This document shows positions 26,178 to 37,815 of a DNA stretch of 64,000 nucleotides, piece by piece. A program made the position numbers and the translations under genes. The notes under the pieces are model-generated. The model made no database searches. It was not told the DNA's origin and was given only the letters and a program-made list of their open reading frames with translations. This DNA comes from Guillardia theta CCMP2712. Taxonomy: Eukaryota; Protista; Cryptophyta. Each line of letters opens with the position of its first letter. Within the stretch, counting starts at the first letter, position 1. The stretch covers positions 345,238-409,237 of the forward strand of contig NW_005434669.1 of NCBI RefSeq assembly GCF_000315625.1, in the 5' to 3' direction.

Positions 26178-28040
26178 ATGGAGGGAGGCAGCAGCGCAAG
26201 TGAGGAGGGAGGGCATGTGCGCAAGAAGGATCCCAACATTATTGTGATGCTCCGACACCAGATAGCCGGGCGGGAGCAGAGCCTGCGGGAGATGAGGCTG
26301 GTGCAGCAGAGGAAGAAGCAGGAGCTGGCGGAGGTGGAGCGAGACATATCTCTGCAAGAGAAGCAGATACATGAGCTGCAGCAGTACCTGGATGCGCTGG
26401 TCAGTGGAAAGCCTGACCAAGGCAAACCTGGGAAGGAGGAGGAGGAGATATCCGTGGAGATCAAGGAGGTCGGGGACGAGTTCGACGAGATCTTGAAGAT
26501 GCTGGAGGACACTGAGAGTGAGAAGGAGGAGGAGGAGGAGGGGCACGAGCAAGGGGAGTCCATCGACGATGCCAAACTGCTGGACATCGAGACCAAGGCG
26601 TCGTCCTCGGCGAAGAAGAAAACCTACGACATCACCAAGGCTCCCTTCAACTTCGCTGTCGAGATTGAGGTCGGCAACCTCGTCCACAGCGGCTTCCTGC
26701 ACATTGCAGGGGACCTCGACGACTTCTTTGACTTCGTCCGGCGCTCGGCGCTGGGGGGCACCAGCCAAGAGGGCGGGGGCTCGCAGCAAGATGACCTGGC
26801 GAACAGGCTCTACTTCGTCGGCGGGACGTCGATGCCAAGGAAGGTGGACAAGAGTGAGGTCTTCGAGGAGATCAAGCAGCAGCACCTTCAGTCTGAGTCC
26901 TGGATCTCCCTGGGAGCTCTCCGCCTCGTCCTCCTCGAAGTCGGGCAGGATGTGGCGTCCATCGTCAAGATCCCGCCGCACAAGGGATGCCCCGATCCGA
27001 TGCCCTGGAAGCAAGGGAAGGTGCTGGGGAAGGGAGCCTTCGGGTCTGTTCACATGGCGATGAAGGGAGACGGGGAGCTGATAGCGGGTAAAGCTTGTCA
27101 ACCCCTCCTCCTCCTCCTCCTCCTCCTCCTCCTCGTCTCCTCGTCTCCTCGTCTCCTCGTCTCCTCTCTTTCCTTGCCCCTCTCCTTCTCCCTTCCTCAA
27201 TTTCTCCCTCAACGTCTCGTCTCGTCCCCTGCTCGTTCCTCTCCTCCTGCTGACTTGTCGCCTCAGTCAAGCGCATGCACATCGAAGCAGCCGACAGCTC
27301 TCTCTTCGCCGCCTTCGAGACCGAGCGGGAGCTGCTGCAGCAGCTGGATCATCCCAACATCGTCCGCTACATCTCCTCCCAAGTCGTGACCTCCTCCCTC
27401 GCCGTCATCTGGATGGAGTACGTGCCAGGGGGCTCTGTCGCCGCCATCCTCCACGCCTTCGGAGCTCTTTCGGAGGAGACGGTGCAGCACTACAGCATGC
27501 AGATCCTGGAGGGCCTCAGCTACCTTCACGCACACGGCGTGATCCACCGGGACCTCAAGCCAGGCAACATCCTCGTCACTGTCGATGGGTCGTGAAGCTC
27601 TCTGACTTCGGCGCGAGCATGTCTGTCACTGCCTCCATGCAGCAGGGCAACAGGATGAGCATCGCAGGCACTGCCAACTACATCGCGCCAGAGATGCTGA
27701 GGACAAGAGGAGACGGAGGCTACTCGTTCAACATCGACGTCTGGTCGCTCGGCATGACTGTCGTCGAGATGCTCACAGCTGCCGCCCCCTTCGAAGATTT
27801 CACGAACCAGTTTGCCATCATGTTTCAGATTGCTCAGCTCGAGGCACCCCCCGAGATCCCCAAGTTTGTAGGTGAGGATACCCGGTCCTTCCTCCTCGCG
27901 TGCCTGCAGCCAGACCCTGCCCGTCGCCCTAACGCGCAAGAGCTCTTGGGTCATGCCTTCATAAACCGATCGGCTGCGAGTGAGCGACGAAACCAACAGC
28001 AGCAGCAGCAGACCGTGCCGCAACTCCAACGCTCCAAGGT
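26178..28040 (+). CDS. STE11/MAP3K-like Ser/Thr kinase with 1-nt frameshift at ~27588
   Basis: LGKGAFGSV, AVK, HPNIVRY, MEYVPGGS, HRDLKPGN, (frameshift) KLSDFG, GTANYIAPE, DVWSLG; N-terminal coiled coil. Confidence 0.9.
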
Positions 28041-28100
28041 GGAAGAACAAAGGGTTGGGGTGGGGGAGGGGGGGGGGGGGTGGGGGGGCGACGAGGCAGT

Positions 28101-28766
28101 NNNNNNNNNNNNNNNNNNNNNNNNNNNNNNNNNNNNNNNNNNNNNNNNNNNNNNNNNNNNNNNNNNNNNNNNNNNNNNNNNNNNNNNNNNNNNNNNNNNN
28201 NNNNNNNNNNNNNNNNNNNNNNNNNNNNNNNNNNNNNNNNNNNNNNNNNNNNNNNNNNNNNNNNNNNNNNNNNNNNNNNNNNNNNNNNNNNNNNNNNNNN
28301 NNNNNNNNNNNNNNNNNNNNNNNNNNNNNNNNNNNNNNNNNNNNNNNNNNNNNNNNNNNNNNNNNNNNNNNNNNNNNNNNNNNNNNNNNNNNNNNNNNNN
28401 NNNNNNNNNNNNNNNNNNNNNNNNNNNNNNNNNNNNNNNNNNNNNNNNNNNNNNNNNNNNNNNNNNNNNNNNNNNNNNNNNNNNNNNNNNNNNNNNNNNN
28501 NNNNNNNNNNNNNNNNNNNNNNNNNNNNNNNNNNNNNNNNNNNNNNNNNNNNNNNNNNNNNNNNNNNNNNNNNNNNNNNNNNNNNNNNNNNNNNNNNNNN
28601 NNNNNNNNNNNNNNNNNNNNNNNNNNNNNNNNNNNNNNNNNNNNNNNNNNNNNNNNNNNNNNNNNNNNNNNNNNNNNNNNNNNNNNNNNNNNNNNNNNNN
28701 NNNNNNNNNNNNNNNNNNNNNNNNNNNNNNNNNNNNNNNNNNNNNNNNNNNNNNNNNNNNNNNNNN
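28101..28766. other. Assembly gap (666 N)
   Basis: N run. Confidence 1.
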
Positions 28767-30559
28767 TGACGACGGTGTCTCAGACCAACATCGCCTCCGG
28801 TTTCGTTCGCTCGATCCGGAGGATCACGAGGGAGGAGAGTGAAAGCTACACCCGCAGCAAGCAGGTCGACCTCCCTCCTCGCAGCCTTGCAAACCCACCC
28901 CTAATCCCACCCCTTATCCCACCCCTCATCTCATCCCTGCTCGTCTCCTCTCCTGACAGGCCCAGCAGGTTCAGCCGCAGATTTACGTCATGTCAGACAA
29001 GGACGGCGGCGATGACATCAGCTCCTTTCTCAAGCAGAAGGTCAGCTGGCTTCGTTCTGCCCTCCTGAAGAGCTTGACCGCCGCGCTGGCAGATGCATGG
29101 GGAGAGGGAGTCAGCTCAGATCCTCCAGAAGGAGGTAGAGGAGTGGCAGAAGCAGAACCAGCGTAGGGATCAGCCGCTGCACGAGCAGTATGAGGAGAAG
29201 AAGAGCTTTCTAGGAAAGCTGCTGAGGTGGGACGTCAACAAGGAGAAGCGGAAGAAGAAATATTCAGAGAAGGTCAGTACCTCTCCTGCATCTCATCCCC
29301 TCCTGCTTCCCCTCCTGCTCCCCTTCTTCCCCCCCTGATGCCTTCTTCCCCTCCTGCTCCTGCTCCTGCTCGATCACCTCCTTGCCCTCCTGCTCCGCTC
29401 CGTTTCCTGCTTTCGCTCCTGGTCCCTCATACTCTCCTGCAGATTCGACAACTGGAGATTTCTTTGGGGCATCTGACTGAAAAACAAGAATCAATTAAAC
29501 AGGCCGGAGGGTCTGCTCAACAACTTGCGGTTCTCCTTCGTTTAAACTATCTCATAGCACTGACACTCGCTTCCTCTCCTCTCCACTCCTCTCCACTCCT
29601 CTCCTCTCCTCTCCTCTCCTCTCCACTCCTCCCCTCCCCTCCCCTCCTCCCTGTTGCCAGGATTTGGAAAGCAAGGCCGACAGATTGGCTCAAGAGCTCG
29701 CGAACTTGCGCGCAAGGTTGTCTGCTCGTCCTCTCCTCCTCACCCTCCGCTGACTCAGCCCAGGTCCGGGCTCGAGATCTCCCTTGCCGCTCACGACGGC
29801 GCCGCCAAGAAGCAGCGATCAGGAAAGGTGCAGGTCTCTCCGTCGACCCATGCCCCTCCCACATGGAAGGAGGTCAGGTCGTTGGACAAGGCAACCATCG
29901 TGTGCGCCTCGCTTCCTACCGTAACATCCTAGCAGGACGAGATCAGCAGGGCAGAGCTCGTGCCCTCCTCGTGCCTGCGCAAGGGAGGATCGCACCATGG
30001 GCAAGTGACGTCCTGCCCTGAGTCGACCCTCTGACTCTGCTGGGCCGCAGCTGGAAAGCGATCGCTCGCTTCCACGTCGGCAACGACTACCATGGGACCA
30101 ACCAGGTCAAGGGCAGCCTCCTGCACTCCTGGACTGTCTACGTCAGGCAACCCGACGCGCAGGCCATAACCCTCAAGAGCGTTCGCTTCATGTTCTGGCC
30201 GTTGCCGGAGTCTGAGGTAGGAGAGGACGGCAGCGAGCTTTTCTCTTCTTCCTCATCCCTCCCTGCCCTCCCCTCTCTGATCTCCCTTGCAGGCTACGGT
30301 AGTGGTCAAGTCAGATCCCTTCGAAGTGTCAAAGTCAAGCTCGCATGCCTTCGACGTGGAAATCTCCATCGACGTCTCTGATCAGGTACAACGGAGCTTC
30401 ATACATCATGCGCGGCAGCCTGGTGACTGTTGAGCTCAGGTCTTCATGGTCAAGCACTTTCTCTGCCTGACTATCAGTGGGGGGTGGAGTGACGATTCCT
30501 GCAGCACCGCTGACAATGCTTTTCCCGTCTCGTTTCACATTCTTTGCATACCACCATAG
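28767..30559 (+). CDS. Coiled-coil plus C-terminal YEATS-like domain (probably the 3' half of the kinase gene)
   Basis: Spliced exons 30051-30480: FHVGNDY...HSWTVYVRQP...LKSVRFMFWP...VVVKSDPFEVSKSSSHAFDVEISI...HFLCL; stop TAG 30557-30559. Confidence 0.65.
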
Positions 30560-30680
30560 GGTGACGACATCTACGCTTCAATAGAGAATACAGAATACAA
30601 CAATGAAGAAAAATCAAAATCTACCCCATCCATGGACGATGGGAAAAGGATCCTGGGTGCTCGACTCCCTCCCTGCATCA

Positions 30681-31540
30681 TCAACGGATCGGAGAAGAGA
30701 ACGGAAGATCCGACGCAATCTGCAGATTGACCAAGGAGGATGAGTACCGCTGCCATTCGAGGTCTCGTTTCTCCTCGAAACTTTTCAGGCTTTCCTGCAT
30801 GTCTTGCCATTGTTCCCGACTCATCTTCTTTCCCTTCTCAGAGTAATTCTTCAGCACTTCCTTGTACTTGCACAGCATCTCCAGCCTCTTGCTCTCAGCC
30901 TCTTCATATCTCTTCTTGTTCTTCTCCACCTTCTCCCTCTGTCGGTAGATTTTGGATTCTTTCACCGACCTGCTACGGTCCAGAGCCTTGGAAGCACTCA
31001 TGCCCGGCAAGCTTCCAGAGAACGATCGAGATTTTTCCGAGAGCACCCGAAACCGAACAGAGTTGTTGGAGATGCTCTTCAGCCCTTTCTCCGTCATGCT
31101 GGAGATTCTTTGCTGTCTCGTTCCCTGCTGTGCTGCTTGCATGCCTCTTGGGGTGTTGCGCGATATCAAAATGCCATGATCGGACACGTCGCTGGCGGAA
31201 GGTTTTCGCAGCACCATCGTGCTGCCTACGAGCTGGGCCGGTCGAGCGGGTCTCGACTCCTCCTCGTCGTCATCCCTCGGGAATATGCAAGCATGCTGTG
31301 ACGTACATGAGCGTTCAAACGGCCCCGGGCAGGGAGGATGTGTACCTGGAAGATGTTGGAGACTGAATGTTTGGAATCAGACTCGATGTCTTCGTCAGGA
31401 TCGTGCTGAGAAAACCTGAAGGGCAGCGAATGTCCTTGCTCAACCTCCTGTACAGTCTGTCAAGTTCGGAATCAGCAACTATGCTTTCATACCCAACTTC
31501 TTGGCGTACATGGCACTGAATAAGAGCCTGAGTCATCCAT
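30681..31540 (-). CDS. Basic coiled-coil hypothetical protein
   Basis: ORF 30681-31217 with K/E-rich heptads plus upstream exon ~31345-31540. Confidence 0.5.
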
Positions 31541-31962
31541 GCTCCTGAAAACAAGAACGCAAATCAAGATGAGTGCGAATAGTAGTTTACATGTGCGACA
31601 ACCAAAGGTTGGGAGAACAACATCAGAGAGGATGAGTAGTTGCAAGTTTTCCTCTCCACTTCACAATGAGAGAAAACTAAAGGAGTCTCGTTGTGAAAAA
31701 TGATGGATCAAAGAAGAAGGTACAATGAGGAAACTTGAAAGAGCTGGATCAACAGCCATGGAAAAGCAGATTCTTCAGAAGGAGGGAGCAAAAGCGGGAG
31801 TGAAACGAGAGGGAGGACAGAGGGAGGGAGGGAGGGAAGGGGGGGAGGGGGGGAGGGAGAGAGGCAGGTAGGCAGGCAGGCACGAAGAGAGGGAGAGAGG
31901 ATGTGAGTAAGTTACAGAGAAGGAAGGGAGAAGAGAGAGTGGGGGGAGAGAGGGACGGCGAG

Positions 31963-32587
31963 GAACTATCCTGCCGGCCCTCGTCCCAACTTCGACGGCA
32001 TCACAGGGACTGGACTGAAGCACGACTGCCCCAAGGTAGCGACGCCCGCGTTGGACGGAAATCACTTGCCCGAGGTCGCTCCTCCTCCTGTATGCGACTC
32101 GACCGACAGCCTCGCAGGTGGACGTTCCTCTTGGGACGAAGTTGTGGAAGTTTGGCATGGACGTCGTCTACGCTCCTTTCTACCGCAAGTTCATGGTTGA
32201 CTTGCTGTCCGAGCATGCGAGCTGTTCTGAACCTCTCGCGCAGGTCGGGGAAGGAGAGAGGAGGTACAGGTAAGACATGCACTGCTCTTCGCTCTCCTCT
32301 TTCCTCTTGTACTCCCATGTTCCTTCACCTCAGTGTCGCTCCCGTCCTCCCCTTCCTCGCCTCACCCTGCCCCTTGTTCGTGCCCTCACCTCTCCTCCCC
32401 CTTCGCGTGCAGGTACGAGGACGCGGTGCACGCGATCCTCTCATGGGAGCCGGAGATCATCGCCCCCTGCCATGGCGACGTGGTAGAGCTCGTGCGGTGT
32501 TGGAGGTGAACGACTGACGGGGATGGCCAACAGATCCGGGGGAAAGACCTTTGCCAGCGTGTTTTGAGAGATCATTTTCTTCCCTGA
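31963..32587 (+). pseudogene. 3' half of a DUF4336 (metallo-beta-lactamase-like) gene; 5' exons not found
   Basis: Five spliced exons: NYPAGPRP...TKLWKFGMDVVYAPFYRKFM...YEDAVHAILSWEPEIIAPCHGDVIRGKDLCQRVLRDHF-TGA. Confidence 0.55.
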
Positions 32588-32729
32588 GATCGTACAAGAC
32601 TGAAACAGACATATTCCTCCTCCTCCTCCTCCTCCTCCTCCTCCTCCTCCTCCTCCTCTCCCTCTATCCTACAGCCCTCGCTATCCGTCCGCTGGCTCTG
32701 ACGATGCCCCTTCCCTCCTCCCACCTGCC

Positions 32730-35700
32730 TCAACTCCGCTTAGAGACCTCAGTGAAAGAGTTTCCGTTCTGCTGGCTGAAGGCGGAAACGAGGGTGACGT
32801 CGGAGGTGTGGCAGAGGTTCCGCATCTTGTGATGCTTTGACGCGCAGCTGGAGTACAGCTCGATACCCTTCCCGTGCCCGTTGGTCTTTGAGTAGGACCC
32901 GTTCTCCCTCCCTCCTTTCTCCTTCTCTGCCCACTTCTTGCCCTTCTCAGTCTCCCCGACTTCGTCCGCGCTGATCGGGCTGCTGGGTGACGATCGCCTC
33001 CTCCCCATCGCCTTGAGCGACGCATCGATACCCTCGAGCTTGGCGAGGATGCTCATCGTCAGCTTCTCCTGCTTGTCCAGCCGCCCGTGCAGCTCTGTGT
33101 TGTCCTCCAGCAGAAGCTTGAGGGATAACATGGTCTTGAGAGAGACGCGTTCAGTTCGGAGAGAGGAGGGAGGGAGGGAGGGAGGAGGGAAGGAGGGAGG
33201 GAGGGAGGGAGGGAGGAGGGAGGGAGGGAGGAGGGAGGGAGGGAGGAGGGAGGGAGGGAGGGAGGGAGCAGCGAGGAGCACGGAGGAGGTTCACCATGCC
33301 GAGGTTCTCGTCGAGACTGAAGGTGCAGGGGATCGCGTGGCCTGCGATGAAGAGGACGAGGAGGATGAGGAGAGGAGGGAGGGTAAAGAGAAAAATGTTA
33401 GCTCAGAGCCAGGGCGGAGGAATGTGGAAAGAGAAGAGCTAAAGAATACATCCATGAGGTGGAAAACAGAGCAGCAAGGAATGGAGGAAGGAGCGAGAGA
33501 GGAAAGATGAGAACCAACTGACAAGGGTGAGAGGGAAGGATGGGGAGGGGAGAGAGCACGAGAGTAGAATGGAGGGAGAGAGCGAGATGGGAGAGTGGAG
33601 TCGAGGAAAGCAAGCAGGGACAGCATGGTCCTGCGCACCGAGACTTCTTTGAGCAAAGCTCTTGAGGAGGTGCTTCATGCCGGAGCAGAAGCCCTCGATC
33701 TCGAGCTCGTTGCTCTCGTTGCAGTTGAGTCCGTTCTCAGTCAGCCGCTCGTACTCGTCCACCGAGAGCTTGATGTGCGGAGAGAAGGGAAGTTTCTTCA
33801 ACCCCTCATAGACCTCCTGCTGACTCGTCAGCGGCTGGAGGAGGAGGGAGAGAGGAGGGCAGGAAGGTAGAGAAAGGAGGCAGAGGGAGCGGAGAGGAAA
33901 GCAGAGAGTTCACGAGCAAGGGAGGGGAAGTTGAGGAGGAGGAGGGGATGTAACGATGGAGGGAGTAGCTGTATGGGTGCAGCGGAGGGAGTAATAAGAT
34001 CCTGCATGACCACGAGGAGGAAGACAAAGGAAACTGGAGGAGGAGAGGAGCAGGAGCAGGAGCAGGACCTGGTAGGACACTCCGCCACTGTTGTTAAGAT
34101 CCAACCTGCATGGACCTGGTCATGGAGAAGGGAGGAAGAGCAGCGCGCTTGCCTCTTGAAGAGCGAGCGGAGACGGAGATTGAGCTCCTGCGTGCTTGCG
34201 GAGTTCATGAGAGAGGTCATAAGAGGGTCCAGCGTCCTGGTGTCGTGCCGGGCGTTCTGCTCCTCGATGATCCGCTTAGCTTGCATCTCTGACTCCAGTT
34301 TGGTTGCTCGTGACAAGTTGTCGACGAGAACCTGTGGCGTGTGAGGAGAGGAGAGAGGAGGAAGTGTGAAGAGGAGCAGGGTTGAGGAGCCTGAGAAGGA
34401 GCAGGAGGGGGGAAGGAGGAGCAGGGGAGAAGAGCAGGCGGGAGGAGAGGAGGAAGCGGAGAGAGGGTAAGAGAGAACATGGGAGAGGGGAAAGTCGGGG
34501 CAGGGAAAGGGAGAGAGGGACAGGAGGAGGGCAGGATGAGAGAAAGGAGAGTCTTACAGCTGTGATAGTAGGAAGGAGCGTGAACGTGATGATGATGATG
34601 AAGGGGACGAAGAATATCTAGTTGGTGTATCGATCACTTTGCCGCCTCCTCGGAAAAAGTTTCTCCTCACCGCTGCCACCGCGTCGAGCTCGTTGGACTT
34701 TGAGACGCCTTCTGCTACCGCGATCCAGCCGTCCAGTGTGGCAATCTGATGAGCGGAAATGAGAAGAGAGAGTGGGGCGATGGGGAAAGAGATTTAAGAG
34801 GAAGGGGAAGAGGAAGGGGAAGGGGAAGGGGAAGGAGAAGGGGAAGGAGAAGGGGAAGGAGAAGGGGAAGGGGAAGGGGAAGGGGAAGGGGAAGGGGAAG
34901 GGGAAGGGGAAGGAGAAGGGGAAGGAGAAGGGGAAGGAGAAGGGGAAGGAGAAGGGGAAGGAGAAGGGGAAGGGGGTAGAAATTGAAAATACCTGTATCA
35001 TTGTGATGCTGTACGCGATGAGACAAGGATAAGTCAGAACATTGCTGAAGCATCATAAAAGCATTGATGACTCACAAGGACCGATAGAAATCTCCGAAAT
35101 GATCGGCGTCGATGTCCTTGTACAAGTTGACAGCAAAGACCTGCACGAGTTTTATCGGAAGGAAGGGATCCCTTCACATCGCTCACCGCATAGATTGCGA
35201 TCACAAGTATCATGATAGCCTGTCACTCATTGACGTCAACGAGGAAGATGGCTTGCTACCTCTTCTCTTCTCACCAACGCGCTTCCCACTGGTTTCAACG
35301 ACCAGCCAAGGGCATTCACCAGTTGCCGCATGGAGGACAGCCTGTTGGAAGATACATCAAGAATCCCCTTTCCCTTCCTTGCTCCCCCCTACAACTCCCT
35401 CCTCCCTGTTCCGTGTCCCTCACTGCTCCCCCCCACAACTCCCTCCTCCCTGTTCCGTGTCCCTCACTGCTCCCCCCCACAACTCCCTCCTCCCTGTTCC
35501 GTGTCCCTCACTGCTCCCCCCACAACTCCCTCCTCCCTGTTCCGTGTCCCTCACCTCCCCATCAGCCTCAGCCCTCGCAGGCATCGCATTAGCCTGAGAG
35601 CTTTCACAAAGTCCCCTTGCAGATTTCCTAGGGAAGCGAGAGATATCTTTGAAACAGTCAGGGAAAGAGAGGAGAGGTAGAAAGAGCGAGAACAGCATAA

Positions 35701-36776
35701 GGAAGGAGGCGGGAGGTGTTGGGAATGGGGAGGAGTAGGAGTAGGAGTAGAAGTAGGAGAGTGGAAGGGGCGGGGTAGTGCGAGAGGGAACAACAGCAAT
35801 AATGTCAGTTGCTATGGAAGTGACAGTGGTTGGAGGGGAAGAAGAGGGGAGGAGAAGTCAAGTGCGGTTGCAAGAGGAGAGTTCGCACCGCAACGATGCC
35901 AGCGTCGAACTTGTTCCAGGAGCTGCCCCAAAACTCTTTGAACCAGTGAGCATACATGTTGATCCCGAGCTCGACGGTGTATATGACGGTGAAGGCCACA
36001 TCGGCGTTCACGAAGATTTGTGCTCTGCAAGCAAGCGTCAGCCCCCGCACCGGTCAAATTCATGCCGCTCACTTGCTCGTGCCCGGCTCCGCAAGGATCT
36101 GGAGCTCGGCCACAGTGAAAGCGAAGTTGGCGACGATAACAAAGATCATCATCATCTGGAACTGCGAAGACTTGTAGATACGCGATGTCTTCTTTTTTAT
36201 CCTCATAAACCTGTTTGCCTTCACCCATTTGATAGTTGCTGCCGTCTTTGCGTTTGACACCATCACGATCCAGTCCTCACAGTCTGCCTCCGTCTTCGCC
36301 CGGAACACGTACGTCCTGCCCGAGTTGAATCCCTCCTCGATCGTGGTGACCTTGAACTCGGCGCGGAGCAGGTGCTCCGTGCCTGGCAGTGACAGGCTCC
36401 TCTTGATCTTGCGGGAGTTGGTGTCGTAGTACTCGATCTCTTTCCTATGATGGATGTCGTCATCTTGCGGAAGGTCCTCTGGCTTACACCTCGACACCAG
36501 CGCGATCTCATGCAGCGGAATGTTGTCTGCCTGCTTTTCGCCCCCGGGAAACGTGAAGGCGATGAATTGAGCTGTGAGCGCAACCCTCCTCTCCTTCCAC
36601 AACTGCCCGACGCACATGTCCAGCACATCCTCCTTGATGCACAAGTGGGAGTTGGGCATATCAGGTGATTCTTCATAGTCGTTGGAGTTGTTCAGGATGA
36701 CGTTGTTCCACTGTAGCACTTTGGTGCGCTCTCTTGATCCCTTATTGCTGAACCATTTCCTGATTGCCGCAAGCAT
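32730..36776 (-). CDS. Single-domain voltage-gated cation channel with N-terminal PH domain and C-terminal EF-hand
   Basis: PH-like WKERRVALT...GRTYVFRAKTEADCEDW; S1-S3 (IVANF, TVEL, WNKFD); S4 ALRLMRCLRGLRL; pore HFGDFYRSLITMIQIATLDGW; S6 IFFVPFIIIITFTLLPTITAVLVDN; EF loop DLNNSGGVSYQE. Confidence 0.9.
34798..34975. repeat. (AAGGGG/AAGGAG)n intronic hexamer repeat
   Basis: Directly visible. Confidence 0.9.
35380..35554. repeat. Intronic minisatellite, 4 x 43-44 bp
   Basis: Unit TGCTCCCCCCCACAACTCCCTCCTCCCTGTTCCGTGTCCCTCAC starts at 35380, 35424, 35468 and 35512. Confidence 0.95.
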
Positions 36777-37815
36777 GGCGATAGTTTCAGAGGAAATCCT
36801 TAAGTTCAGAACTGCTCTGTGAGTTGAGGGCTATTGACAAGCAGGCTGCTTATCGACATGCATACCGATCCAAAGACCTTCAGAAAATGCAAAATGTGAG
36901 ATTCTTCTCATTGAAATTTCTCTCACGAACTCAGTTCCCTTCGTACAAGACATCTACCTTCTCCTCTCACCATCGTGTCCCTCCTCTCTACTGGTCCTTC
37001 AGACATCTACCGTCCTCTCCTGCTCTCTCTCTCTCCTTCCTCGTCTGCTCCATCACATTCCTGGATATAGTCACTTGCTGCATTACTGGTGCATTCATGA
37101 TTAGATCACCCTACCCACTGAAATTGGTCACTACCCTATTTCTTTTTTCCGACCCCCTGCCCCCTATTTCCGTACTACCCACCCCTTATTTCCTAATGGA
37201 TATGCGCAACCATGTACCAGGAGCTCCCGATTCCGATGCATCTTGTTGGCTATGGGGTAGGGTGGTATCGTGTTCACTTTGGCTAGGGGGTGGGGTACAA
37301 AAGTCCAAATGTTGACTTTACTTGGCGATGGACCCATTCTTGAGGCGGGCTTGGTTCAGAAAGAAAAAAGTCAAAACTAAACTACCAACCCAAGTTACAC
37401 AAGTTCCTGCTGCTGCTGCTGCTGCTGCTCTCGTGGCTAGTAGCTCCTCCTCAAGCTGCTGCTCCTCCTCGTGCCCGGCTTCCAGGTGCCCCTGGAGGGA
37501 ATTGCTGTTGCTGGGAGCTCTTGGAACTCACACTGCCAGCAACTCCCTCCCCTCCCCGGCCTTTGCTCCTCTTCTTTCTAGTCATCACTTCCTCCTGCTG
37601 ATTTCAATATGTCCTAATTTGTATCCAATGTTTGCTAACTTATATCTCTGTTTCTCCTTTACTGCCGACCTTGCGTTCTATCCTATGCCCCTTGTTCTTC
37701 AATCTTCGACCCAATTCCTAACAAAATCTACAGGACCTCGCGATTTATGAAGACAGTATCCTTGATGTCGCCATATTAGAGTGGCAGCACAATCTCCAAG
37801 TTATATAGCATACCC

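Noticed and set aside
25962-27212. Long antisense ORFs over the kinase, PKD2 and GCP6 genes
   Set aside because: They are shadow ORFs expected from GC3-rich codon usage.
35380-35554. CRISPR-like periodic repeat
   Set aside because: There are no unique spacers and no cas genes; it is an intronic minisatellite.
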